Shown here: positions 35,599-43,944 of the stretch, one piece after another
How the letters are laid out: each line of letters opens with the position of its first letter
Position numbering within the stretch: the first letter of the stretch is position 1
Source: Dehalococcoidia bacterium
Lineage (GTDB): Bacteria > Chloroflexota > Dehalococcoidia > Lucifugimonadales > UBA3495
DNA length: 64,000 nt
Reading direction: 5' to 3'
Assembly (NCBI GenBank): GCA_963665735.1
Contig: OY762444.1
Span: 3,334,673-3,398,672, forward strand
Position numbers and translations under genes: made by a program
The notes under the pieces: model-generated
The model's database searches: none
The model's input: the letters and a program-made list of their open reading frames with translations, nothing else
Told to the model about the DNA's origin: nothing

Positions 35599-35704
35599 AT
35601 ATTCCTACCTGGAACTCCGTTTAGCGCCTTTGGTAAATCGTCCTCTATCTTAATTGGAAGGTGAAAAGCGGCCTGGAACTGACCACCGGCCCACCAACCA
35701 CTAT

Positions 35705-38017
35705 TTAATGGCTGCCATTGGGCGAAACGGTCTTGATAACTTCTTCGCCGGGGTTGTTGTCAATCTGGTTGCCGACTTCGCGGTTGGTAAAGGTTCCCTC
35801 GAACTTGGCGACGCGGACGCTTTGGCCGGTGGCGGAAACCTGTACCCGGTTGGCGGCCCAGGCCAGGGCGCCGGTGTTGGCCACTTGTTGAGTGGGGAGG
35901 ATGGACAGGATATTGGAACTGTCGCGCCAGTCGCCGGTCTGGAAAGTATCGTTGCCGTGGAGGCGGCCCTGGCCCAGGGGAACGGCCACCACGTCGGGGG
36001 GCATACCCGGGTTGGGGTAAACCGGGGCGTGAATGGATCCGGCGGCGGATGAAACCTGGACCACATCGCCCTCCCGCAGTCCCTCGGACTTCATGCGCGA
36101 CTCGTTCATCTCCACCCAGGTCTGCCAGGCGATGGTGGTCAGGGGATCGGGGACGCCCTGGAGCCAAGGGAGATGGGAATTGCGCCCGTCCAGCAGGGTG
36201 TTGTGGGCGAAGGGAACGAGATAATAGCCGTCGCCGGAGTAGGACGGGGCGGCGGCCTTGGCGGCGATTTCGTTGTAAAGCCCGTTGCGAGGCGAAGGCC
36301 GGGGGCCGGATTGGGACTCGTCCCACCAGCCGCCCTGCCGGAGCAGGTTGTTCCAGAACTCGGCGGCGTCGGCGCCGGAAACGGAACCGCGATTCATGGC
36401 GAAAAGGGCGTCGGAGGACTCGCGCAAAGCGTCTTGCAGGGAAGGCCAGGGCAAGTCCCGGTCACGGCCGGCTTCCTGCCCCACGGCCAGCAGCAGGTCG
36501 CTGAAACTGCGGGGGTCGAGGTCGCTCAGGGGGTTGACCACCGGCTGCTGGAACCCCAGCACGGCATAGCCGGGGCCGGGGTCGGGAATGTCGCTGCCCC
36601 AATCTTCCAGGTAATTGCGGTCGGGCAACACCAGGTCGGCCATGACGGTGGTATGGTCCATGAAAGAAGAGAAACTGACGGTGAAAATATCGTCGCGGTT
36701 CAGGGCCTCCCGCAGGCCGAAGGGAGGCAGCCCGTAAACCGGGTCGGCGTTATGCACCATGACCACGCGGGTCTGGCCGGAGTTGATGCGGTTGACGGCG
36801 GAACTCCAGTCGGCAACCGTGGCGACGCTGGCCTTGGCGGGAAGGTCGGGCAGCGGGCTATCGGGATTGAATCGCAGACCGCCGGCGGCGCCCACGCTGC
36901 CCACCAGGTAGTTGAGGGCGTAGATGGCTTCCAGGTTGAACAGGCCGTTGGAATGGGCCGCCGCAGTGTCGCCGCCCAAAGCGATGGCCGGCGTATGGCC
37001 GGCGAAGTCCCGGGCCAATTGGCGGATGTAATCGGCGGCGGAGTGTCCGCCCAGCATCCCGGCGGGAAGGTTGAGCATCGGCCCCACCTGTTCGGCGGAG
37101 AAAGCGGCCAGGGCATCGGCACCCCGCCCGCCGGTAAGGGCGTCCACGTCGGCGGCAGGGGCTTGCAGGTTTTCGGCGATGATGGTGTGGGCCAGGGCCA
37201 GGGCCAGATAGCCTTCCAGTCCCGGCGGGATGGGCAGCCACTTGTCAGCGTTGGCGGCAGTGAGGGAAAAGCGGGGGTCAACGTGGACGTGAGTGCCGCG
37301 GGTTGAACGTCCCGGCCCCTGCCGGAAGTCGCCGTAGGCCCGGGACCAACGGGTAGGGGAGGCCCAGGTAGAAAGGAAGTCGGCCCCGAAGGACAGGAGG
37401 TAGTTGGCGTTGGCGATATCGAAGTCGGGCAGCAGTTCCTGGCCAAAGACGTTGTTGACGGCGGCCCGGTAGGTGGCTTGGTCGAGAGCCTCAAAACCCA
37501 GGTGGTGGCCGTTAAAAGCGGAGGCGAACTTGGAGGCGATAAGGCCGGGGTGGGCGCGCAACGGCTCGGTAATCAGCAGGAGGCCGTCGCCGCGGGTCAA
37601 GAGTTCGGCGGACAGGGCATCCAGGCCCCGCTGCCAGGTGGTAGGGGTGAAGGAATTGGCGGAACCGCGGGGGCCGGTGCGAACCATCGGGCCGGGGATG
37701 CGGTCGGGGTGGTAGAGGGCTTGAAGTCCGGCGTCGCACCGGGCGGACTGCTTGCCCATATTGACCGGGTACATGGGGTTGCCCTGCACCTTCTTCGCGC
37801 GGCCTTCCATGACCCGGACGAGGACGCCCTCGCTGGTGGGACAGCACCGGCAAAGGGTGGCGTACCAGTTATCCCGGCCCTTGACCAGGTCTTCCGGCTG
37901 CTGGGGGGGACTTTGGAGGCGCAACTCTTGCCGGTCTTCGCCGAAGATGTTGCAGCCCACCGCTCCCACTGCGGAGAGGCCGGCCCAAGCCAGGAAATTG
38001 CGCCGAGTCAGTTTCAT
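35705..38017 (-). CDS. actB: Molybdopterin-oxidoreductase-like large subunit with a Tat signal (ActB1 module)
   Basis: 770 aa starting MKLTRRNFLAWAGLSAVGAVG (twin-Arg signal), with a complex iron-sulfur molybdoenzyme family fold pattern. No in-frame stop. Confidence 0.8.
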   Translation of the reverse strand: MKLTRRNFLAWAGLSAVGAVGCNIFGEDRQELRLQSPPQQPEDLVKGRDNWYATLCRCCPTSEGVLVRVMEGRAKKVQGNPMYPVNMGKQSARCDAGLQALYHPDRIPGPMVRTGPRGSANSFTPTTWQRGLDALSAELLTRGDGLLLITEPLRAHPGLIASKFASAFNGHHLGFEALDQATYRAAVNNVFGQELLPDFDIANANYLLSFGADFLSTWASPTRWSRAYGDFRQGPGRSTRGTHVHVDPRFSLTAANADKWLPIPPGLEGYLALALAHTIIAENLQAPAADVDALTGGRGADALAAFSAEQVGPMLNLPAGMLGGHSAADYIRQLARDFAGHTPAIALGGDTAAAHSNGLFNLEAIYALNYLVGSVGAAGGLRFNPDSPLPDLPAKASVATVADWSSAVNRINSGQTRVVMVHNADPVYGLPPFGLREALNRDDIFTVSFSSFMDHTTVMADLVLPDRNYLEDWGSDIPDPGPGYAVLGFQQPVVNPLSDLDPRSFSDLLLAVGQEAGRDRDLPWPSLQDALRESSDALFAMNRGSVSGADAAEFWNNLLRQGGWWDESQSGPRPSPRNGLYNEIAAKAAAPSYSGDGYYLVPFAHNTLLDGRNSHLPWLQGVPDPLTTIAWQTWVEMNESRMKSEGLREGDVVQVSSAAGSIHAPVYPNPGMPPDVVAVPLGQGRLHGNDTFQTGDWRDSSNILSILPTQQVANTGALAWAANRVQVSATGQSVRVAKFEGTFTNREVGNQIDNNPGEEVIKTVSPNGSH

Positions 38018-38050
38018 TCTATAGCGCCTTTATCGTCCGTTAAACGCCGG

Positions 38051-38716
38051 TTACTTGTGACAAATGGTGCAGTCGGTGGCTACGTTGAGTTCCCGGTGGC
38101 AGTCCAGGCAGGTGCCCATGCGTAGGGACTGGCCTGGCATGGGTTGGACTTCGGTCATGGCGGCCACGTCGCCGTGGCAGACGGAGCAGGTCTGGCCGGT
38201 TTCCATGGGTAGTTGCAACGGCTCTTCCGGGCCGATGGGGAAGGTGGCGGTACGCGGCTCGCCGGTGGTCATAAAGCGGATGTGGGCCTCGTGGACGAAG
38301 CGCACGTGGTCGGGGAGGCGGTGGACGCGCTCCCAGTTAATGGGGTTGCCGTCGTTGTAGCGGTCAACCACGCGTTGGACTTCGGACAGGTTGACCTGGG
38401 TTGTGCCGGCGAGCTTTTCCGAATTTATCTGGCCGTGGCAGAAGAGGCAGTTTTCCACGGCGGGAACAGTGGCGGCGGCGCCCTTGGTCACGTTGCGGTG
38501 GCAGAACTCGCACTGGATACCCATGCCGCCCTCTTCCGGCGGGCCGGCGTGGATGGTATGGGGGAAGGCTATCGGCTGGGGCGGCGCGTTGGCCAGGCCG
38601 AAGGGTGGGTTGGAAAACCAGGAAATGGCTATCACCACCACCAGGAAACCGACGATAACGGCAATAATCCCGCCGACAATGGCCAAGGGGAGTATTTTGA
38701 GGTTGCTGGGAAACAT
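38051..38716 (-). CDS. actA: Pentaheme cytochrome c, ActA subunit of Alternative Complex III
   Basis: N-terminal TM anchor plus five CxxCH sites: CEFCH, CLFCH, CSVCH, CLDCH, CTICH. Confidence 0.85.
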   Translation of the reverse strand: MFPSNLKILPLAIVGGIIAVIVGFLVVVIAISWFSNPPFGLANAPPQPIAFPHTIHAGPPEEGGMGIQCEFCHRNVTKGAAATVPAVENCLFCHGQINSEKLAGTTQVNLSEVQRVVDRYNDGNPINWERVHRLPDHVRFVHEAHIRFMTTGEPRTATFPIGPEEPLQLPMETGQTCSVCHGDVAAMTEVQPMPGQSLRMGTCLDCHRELNVATDCTICHK

Positions 38717-38793
38717 CTACCTGAATATCTCTGTCCGGTGGCGGCTGGCGGGGGCGCAGGGTCGCGCACCCCGGCGGCTGGTCACAATTACCG

Positions 38794-39096
38794 TCATACG
38801 AAGAAACGATTCCAGAAATTATTGAACATCAGCGGCGTAAAGAAGCACGCCGAAATGAACAACACCAAGGCAATGGCGATGCAGATAAGGCCGATAATGG
38901 TCAAGGGCAGTCGGAGCCGGGAGAGGGCCGGCGGGTAATCGCCGGTGGCTACCCCGGAAGGGATGAAGGCGTGGGCAATCATCATGCAGAAGGCGAAGGT
39001 GATTACCAGTGGGAAGAACACCCAGAGGAGGGTCAGCCAGGTATGGAGATTGGCCCAGTCGGCGCTGGTCAAGGCGTTGGGGTCTGTAAGAGGCAT
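38794..39096 (-). CDS. Small three-TM membrane protein at the head of the ACIII cluster
   Basis: 100 aa and hydrophobic (LTLLWVFFPLVITFAFCMMIAHAF..., LTIIGLICIAIALVLFISACFF). I recognise no family. Confidence 0.5.
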   Translation of the reverse strand: MPLTDPNALTSADWANLHTWLTLLWVFFPLVITFAFCMMIAHAFIPSGVATGDYPPALSRLRLPLTIIGLICIAIALVLFISACFFTPLMFNNFWNRFFV

Positions 39097-39326
39097 CGTT
39101 TGGTCAGTCCGCCGCCTGGTGGTTTATAGTCTTGATGGCGGCTAGGGACTAGCCGCGATATGGCCCGAAAACCGGGCCTGGCCGGAAACCTAGTGAAAAC
39201 TATCACAACGTCTAAGGGGTGTCAAGGAAAAAGGGTGCGATAATCGTTGGGGTCAACAGGGAAACCATAGCCTGGGGGAAGGGGCGGCGGATGGGTTCGC
39301 AACGCAGGACTAAAGGGAGCCAGGGA

Positions 39327-39782
39327 ATGAATTGGGCGCAATTTAAGCAAAGTGACCCGGAGTTGGCCTACCTGGGAGAGGATGCGTTTCGGCGGGCCGG
39401 GCTGGTGTTGGTGGGAACGCTGCGGCGGAACGGGTGGCCGCGGATTTCGCCGGTGGAGCCTTTGGTGGTTGAGGGAACGCTGTACCTGGGGATGAGCTGG
39501 CGTTCCCGCAAGGCGTTGGACTTGCTGCGGGATGCGCGGATTACGGTACATAGCGCCGTTTGCAATCGGGACGGCTCCGAGGGGGAGTTCAAGCTGTACG
39601 GGCGGGCGACGGACGTGGAATCGGCGGAGGACAGGAAGGTTTACGCCGAGGCGTTGTACCGGGAGTTGGGGCACGAACTGGACCCGGCGGAGGAGTTCCA
39701 CCTGTTCGCGGTGGACATCGAAAGCGTCGGTTACGTGGTGATTGAAGGCGGGGAGCAGAAAGTGAAAGTCTGGCCGGCGTAA
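39327..39782 (+). CDS. Pyridoxamine 5'-phosphate oxidase-family (split-barrel flavin/deazaflavin-binding) protein
   Basis: Sequence is MNWAQFKQSDPELAYLGEDAFRRAGLVLVGTLRRNGWPRISPVEP...LYLGM...HLFAVDIESV. GGGAG lies 8 nt before ATG 39327. Confidence 0.65.
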   Translation: MNWAQFKQSDPELAYLGEDAFRRAGLVLVGTLRRNGWPRISPVEPLVVEGTLYLGMSWRSRKALDLLRDARITVHSAVCNRDGSEGEFKLYGRATDVESAEDRKVYAEALYRELGHELDPAEEFHLFAVDIESVGYVVIEGGEQKVKVWPA

Positions 39783-39792
39783 TGGGCCGGGT

Positions 39793-40584
39793 TTAGTCGT
39801 TAATCACTTCGCCGCAGTGGGGGCAGAATCGGGGGCCGGAGCGGGCGCGCTCGACTTCCAGCAGGAAGCCGGACCCCAGGATGCCGGCGGGGAGGGCGAA
39901 AATGCCGATTCCCATGACGGCGATGCCCCCGGCCAGCAGGCGGCCTACCGGGGTAACCGGGAAAACGTCGCCGTAGCCCACGGTGGTCAGGGTTACAATC
40001 GTCCACCACATGGCCGCCGGGATGCTGGAAAACCCCTCTGGCTGGGCATCCTTCTCCGCGAAGTACATGAGGCACGACGCCAGCACCAGCAGGGCGGCCA
40101 GCACCATCAGGACGGTAAACAACTCGTACCGCTTGGCCTGGAGTACGCGGCCTAGCGTCCGCAGTCCGGAAAAGTAGCGGCTCAATCGCAGGAACCGGGC
40201 CAGCAACCGGGCCAGCCGCATGGCCCGCAGGTCAACGCCCAGGAACACCAGGTAGAAGGGGATGATGGCCGCCAGGTCCATGAGTTGTATGGGCGAAAAG
40301 ACCGACTTGACCCGCCCCTTTATCGGATGGGAATATCGGGAGTTTTCGGTGCAGCACCAGACCCGCAGGGCGTACTCAACGGTGAAAATGGCGGTGGAAA
40401 CGGCCTCGAATATAAAGAAAGCCCGCGGGTATGCCTGGTGAATAACGTCCACCGAGGCCAGAATCAAAGCCGCGATGTTGGCGCAGATAAGGGAGACCAG
40501 AGACCAGTCAACGATGCGGCTGACCCAATCGCCCTCGGCGTCCACTTCCAGGATTTGGTAAATCCGTCGCTTCACCCGCGCCAT
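39793..40584 (-). CDS. Voltage-gated-type (6TM) potassium channel
   Basis: S4-like segment is RAMRLARLLARFLRLSRYFSGLR. The selectivity filter is TLTTVGYGDVFP. Confidence 0.85.
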   Translation of the reverse strand: MARVKRRIYQILEVDAEGDWVSRIVDWSLVSLICANIAALILASVDVIHQAYPRAFFIFEAVSTAIFTVEYALRVWCCTENSRYSHPIKGRVKSVFSPIQLMDLAAIIPFYLVFLGVDLRAMRLARLLARFLRLSRYFSGLRTLGRVLQAKRYELFTVLMVLAALLVLASCLMYFAEKDAQPEGFSSIPAAMWWTIVTLTTVGYGDVFPVTPVGRLLAGGIAVMGIGIFALPAGILGSGFLLEVERARSGPRFCPHCGEVIND

Positions 40585-40694
40585 GTTTATATGTTAACGG
40601 TTCCAAGGGGCGAGGCAACACCAAAACGGGCGTGGATTACGGCGAAGATGGGCGGCCAGCCGTCGCCCGGCGGCATGGGCATGATTGGCCCGGT

Positions 40695-40724
40695 TTGCGG
40701 CGTTGGGAAAGGGGCGATTATAAT
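40695..40724 (+). promoter_or_regulatory. Promoter-like TTGCGG-18 nt-TATAAT upstream of the E1alpha gene
   Basis: Read directly. It lies 30 nt upstream of ATG 40755. Confidence 0.35.
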
Positions 40725-40754
40725 TGGGTTCATCAAGGGCGGGTACGGTAAGAA

Positions 40755-41798
40755 ATGACGCAAGGCGGCATCAGTGGTCAGAGGGCCAAACCCAGCGACG
40801 GATTAGTTGGCGAATCCCAAGTCCTGCCGGAGGGACTTTCCCCGCAGGACTTGGTGGAGTCCTACCGCAAGATGGTCTTGATTCGCGCCACCGATGAACG
40901 GGTGTGGATGATGAACCGGCAGGGGAAGGTGCCCATCGCCGCGTCCAGCCAGGGCCACGAAGCGGCTCAGTTGGGCAGTCTTTTGGCCGCCCAGTTGGAC
41001 GGCAACTGCTTTCTCTTTCCTTATTATCGTGACCTGGCCTTGAAGATGGGAGCGGGGTTAACCCCCACCCAGGTAATGAAATCGTTTATGGGCAAGGCCG
41101 GGGAACCGTACAGCAACGCCCGCCAGTTCCCCTTGCAGGGCGCCGACCTGGAACACAACGTCATCCAGATTTCCAACGTGGTGGCCGCCGGGCTGACCCA
41201 ATCCGTCGGGTACGCCCTGGCCAGCAAGATGCGCCGTACCGGAACTGTCAGCCTGGTCTATTTTGGCGACGGCGCCAGCAGCCAGGGGGAGACGCATGAG
41301 GCGATGAACTTCGCCGGCGTCCACCGGCTGTCGGTGGTGTTCATCTGCGAAAACAACCGCTACGCCATATCGGTGCCCCAGAGCGCGCAAATGGCCATTG
41401 CCGACGTAGCCAACCGGGCCGAGGGTTACGGATTCCCCGGCGTGGTGGTGGACGGCATGGATTTGCTGGCCAGCTACGAAGCCACCCGCGAAGGAATCGC
41501 CCGCGCCCGTTCCCAAGGGCCGGTGTTGCTGGAAATGAAAGTCGAGCGATTCATGCCCCATACCACCGACGACGACGACCGCCGCTATCGTCCGGCGGAA
41601 GAAGTGGAAAACGTCCGCCAGCGGGACCCGGTAGCGGCCTTCGGCGCCTACCTGGTGGAACAGGGCTACCTGAGCCAGCCGGAGGTTGAGGAAATCGGGG
41701 CGCAAGCCGCCGTCGCCGTCAACGAAGCCACCGACGCCGCCGACGCCGCCGAACCGCCCGACCCGTCGGAAATGTGGAACCACGTTTACGTTGATTGA
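40755..41798 (+). CDS. 2-oxoacid dehydrogenase E1 component, alpha subunit (TPP-dependent)
   Basis: 347 aa containing SSQGHEA, YFGDGASSQGETHEAMNFA and FICENNRYAIS. Confidence 0.9.
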   Translation: MTQGGISGQRAKPSDGLVGESQVLPEGLSPQDLVESYRKMVLIRATDERVWMMNRQGKVPIAASSQGHEAAQLGSLLAAQLDGNCFLFPYYRDLALKMGAGLTPTQVMKSFMGKAGEPYSNARQFPLQGADLEHNVIQISNVVAAGLTQSVGYALASKMRRTGTVSLVYFGDGASSQGETHEAMNFAGVHRLSVVFICENNRYAISVPQSAQMAIADVANRAEGYGFPGVVVDGMDLLASYEATREGIARARSQGPVLLEMKVERFMPHTTDDDDRRYRPAEEVENVRQRDPVAAFGAYLVEQGYLSQPEVEEIGAQAAVAVNEATDAADAAEPPDPSEMWNHVYVD

Positions 41799-41858
41799 CC
41801 CGATTCCGGGCAGACAACAGGCAACGGGACTTGAAAGTCAAAACAGGGAAAGAAAGCA

Positions 41859-42200
41859 ATGGTGGAACAACGGGTAAGCCGGCTGGAAGGCGCTTATGAG
41901 CAAGTGGACTCCCGGCTGGGCGACATTCACGGCGAAGTTGGCGGCCTGCGTTCCGATATGAACGCGCGGTTTAACGAAATGAGAGCCGACATGAACAGCC
42001 GGTTCGTTGAAATGAGGAACGACATGAACGCCCGGTTTAACGAAATGGGCGCCGACATGAATGCCCGGTTCGTTGATATGAACGCTGACATGAACAGCCG
42101 GTCTAACGACACCAACGGTAGAATCAACACCGGTTACATCATCTTCGGCGCGGCGTGGGTAGCCATGATGGCGACCATTGTAGGGCTTTATTTCATGTGA
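41859..42200 (+). CDS. Tail-anchored protein built of five 11-residue repeats (DMNARFNEMRA type)
   Basis: 113 aa with repeats DMNARFNEMRA/DMNSRFVEMRN/DMNARFNEMGA/DMNARFVDMNA/DMNSRSNDTNG, then the TM segment YIIFGAAWVAMMATIVGLYFM. Confidence 0.6.
   Translation: MVEQRVSRLEGAYEQVDSRLGDIHGEVGGLRSDMNARFNEMRADMNSRFVEMRNDMNARFNEMGADMNARFVDMNADMNSRSNDTNGRINTGYIIFGAAWVAMMATIVGLYFM
41955..42119 (+). repeat. Five tandem 33-nt coding repeats
   Basis: Units are gatatgaacgcgcggtttaacgaaatgagagcc / gacatgaacagccggttcgttgaaatgaggaac / and so on. Confidence 0.8.
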
Positions 42201-42279
42201 CCATGCCCGTTGGACGGGCTGGCAACGGTGGAGTCTCGCGTTTCTACCTCGGTAAACCCTAACAAGGACAGGCGGCAGG

Positions 42280-43263
42280 ATGGCGGTAAAATCGGTAATC
42301 GAGGCAGTCCGGGAAGCAATGTGGGAAGAAATGGCCCGGGATGACCGCGTGTTCGTCATGGGCGAGGACGTGGGCGCGCGGGGCGGTGTCTTTCTGTCCA
42401 CCCAGGGTTTTGTTGAAGAATTCGGCGCGGAGCGGGTCATTGACACTCCTCTGGCCGAAGCCTCGATTATGGGCATTGCCCTGGGCGCGGCTTTCCAGGG
42501 GATGCGTCCCATTCCGGAAGTGCAGTTTTCCGATTTCGTTTGGCCCAGCATCAACCAGTTGATTGGCGAAGCGGCCCGCGTTTGCTACGGCACCAACGGC
42601 CAACTGCCCGTTCCCATGACCGTGCGAATACCCTACGGCGGCGGCATCCGGGGCGGGTTGTTTCACTCCCAGAACGTCGAAGCCCACTTTTTCCACACGC
42701 CGGGCCTGAAAGTCGTAACGCCGGCCACCCCCTACGACGCCAAGGGACTGCTCAAAGCGTCCATTCGCGACAACAACCCGGTAATCTTCCTGGAACACAA
42801 GAAGACCTACCGCCTGGTGCGGGGCGAAGTGCCGGAGGAAGAGTACGTCTTGCCGCTGGGTACGGCGGACGTGAAACGGGCCGGCTCCGGGATTACCCTG
42901 GTCAGCTACGGGCTAATGCTGCACTACTGTCTGGAGGCGGCGGAAGAGGTTTCCGCAGAAGGGATTGACGTTGAGGTTGTTGACCTTCGGTGCCTGCGCC
43001 CATTGGACACCGACACCATACTGGAATCGGTGAGGAAAACCGGCAAGGCGCTCATCGTCCACGAAGATAACCTGACCGGCGGCGTTGGCGCCGAGGTTGC
43101 GGCGGTGGTGGCCGACCAGGCTTTCGAGTACCTGGACGGCCCGGTTACCCGCCTTTGCGGGCCGGACGTGCCTACCATGCCCTTTGCCCTGACCCTGGAA
43201 GAAGCCTATATGCCCAACACCGCCACCATCGGGGCGGCGCTGCGCCAACTGGCGGCCTATTGA
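42280..43263 (+). CDS. 2-oxoacid dehydrogenase E1 component, beta subunit
   Basis: 327 aa containing VFVMGEDVG..GGVF, DTPLAEASIMGIALGAA and the transketolase C-terminal domain. Confidence 0.92.
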   Translation: MAVKSVIEAVREAMWEEMARDDRVFVMGEDVGARGGVFLSTQGFVEEFGAERVIDTPLAEASIMGIALGAAFQGMRPIPEVQFSDFVWPSINQLIGEAARVCYGTNGQLPVPMTVRIPYGGGIRGGLFHSQNVEAHFFHTPGLKVVTPATPYDAKGLLKASIRDNNPVIFLEHKKTYRLVRGEVPEEEYVLPLGTADVKRAGSGITLVSYGLMLHYCLEAAEEVSAEGIDVEVVDLRCLRPLDTDTILESVRKTGKALIVHEDNLTGGVGAEVAAVVADQAFEYLDGPVTRLCGPDVPTMPFALTLEEAYMPNTATIGAALRQLAAY

Positions 43264-43335
43264 CCCATCCTTTCCCCTTGATGTCTATGGCAGTTCAAGG
43301 CTTGACGAAAAGTTACTATGAAGTTGAGGTAAGGT

Positions 43336-43572
43336 ATGGAGGATATGATGGACTGGGGCAGTTGCCCGGAGGTGGAATGTGACCCGGCAAAGTTGGGCGG
43401 GGTCTGGATTTTCAAGAACACCAGGTTGCCGCTTTACGCCCTGTTCGAGAATCTTAGGGACGGGGCGACGGTGGAAGAGTTCGTTGAATGGTTCCCCGGG
43501 GTTGAGCCATCCCAGGTATATGCGGTTTTGAACCACCAGGTAGAGGCTCTGAGGGCCCGGGTCGCGGTGTGA
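43336..43572 (+). CDS. DUF433-domain protein (antitoxin-like)
   Basis: 78 aa containing DPAKLGGVWIFKNTRLPLYALFENLRDGATVEEFVEWFP. GAGG lies before the ATG. Confidence 0.7.
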   Translation: MEDMMDWGSCPEVECDPAKLGGVWIFKNTRLPLYALFENLRDGATVEEFVEWFPGVEPSQVYAVLNHQVEALRARVAV

Positions 43573-43886
43573 GGATTTTGTTTGACCACGGAACGCCGGC
43601 GCCCCTTCGTCGGCACCTTCCGGGCCATTCCGTTGACACGGCATCGGAAAGAGGTTGGGCGTCCCTCCGCAACGGGAACTTGCTTGACGAGGCCGAAGCG
43701 GATGGATACCACCTCCTGATAACTACCGACCAGAATATGCGTTACCAGCAAAACTTTTCCAACCGCAGCTTGGCAGTCCTGGTTATAATGGCCGCCTCTT
43801 GGCCCAAGACTCAACCCAACATTGACGCCATCCGAACCGCCGTTGACGAAATGTTGCCGGGAGAATTCAGAGAAATCTCCGTTTAG
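43569..43886 (+). CDS. DUF5615-type PIN-like domain protein (toxin-like)
   Basis: Sequence is MRILFDHGTP...LLITTDQNM. The GTG start overlaps the upstream stop (GTGA). Confidence 0.65.
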   Translation: MRILFDHGTPAPLRRHLPGHSVDTASERGWASLRNGNLLDEAEADGYHLLITTDQNMRYQQNFSNRSLAVLVIMAASWPKTQPNIDAIRTAVDEMLPGEFREISV

Positions 43887-43944
43887 AAAGTCCTACCCTG
43901 AGCTGTGAAAAAACCTTTGGGTGAAAAAATTGGGACGGTAAGAT

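Noticed and set aside
35705-38017. Formate-dehydrogenase-like selenoprotein or active molybdoenzyme
   Set aside because: There is no in-frame TGA. The context (pentaheme ActA, DUF3341, two NrfD-like subunits, monoheme cytochrome) identifies it as the ACIII ActB1 module. From the sequence alone I cannot judge cofactor binding.
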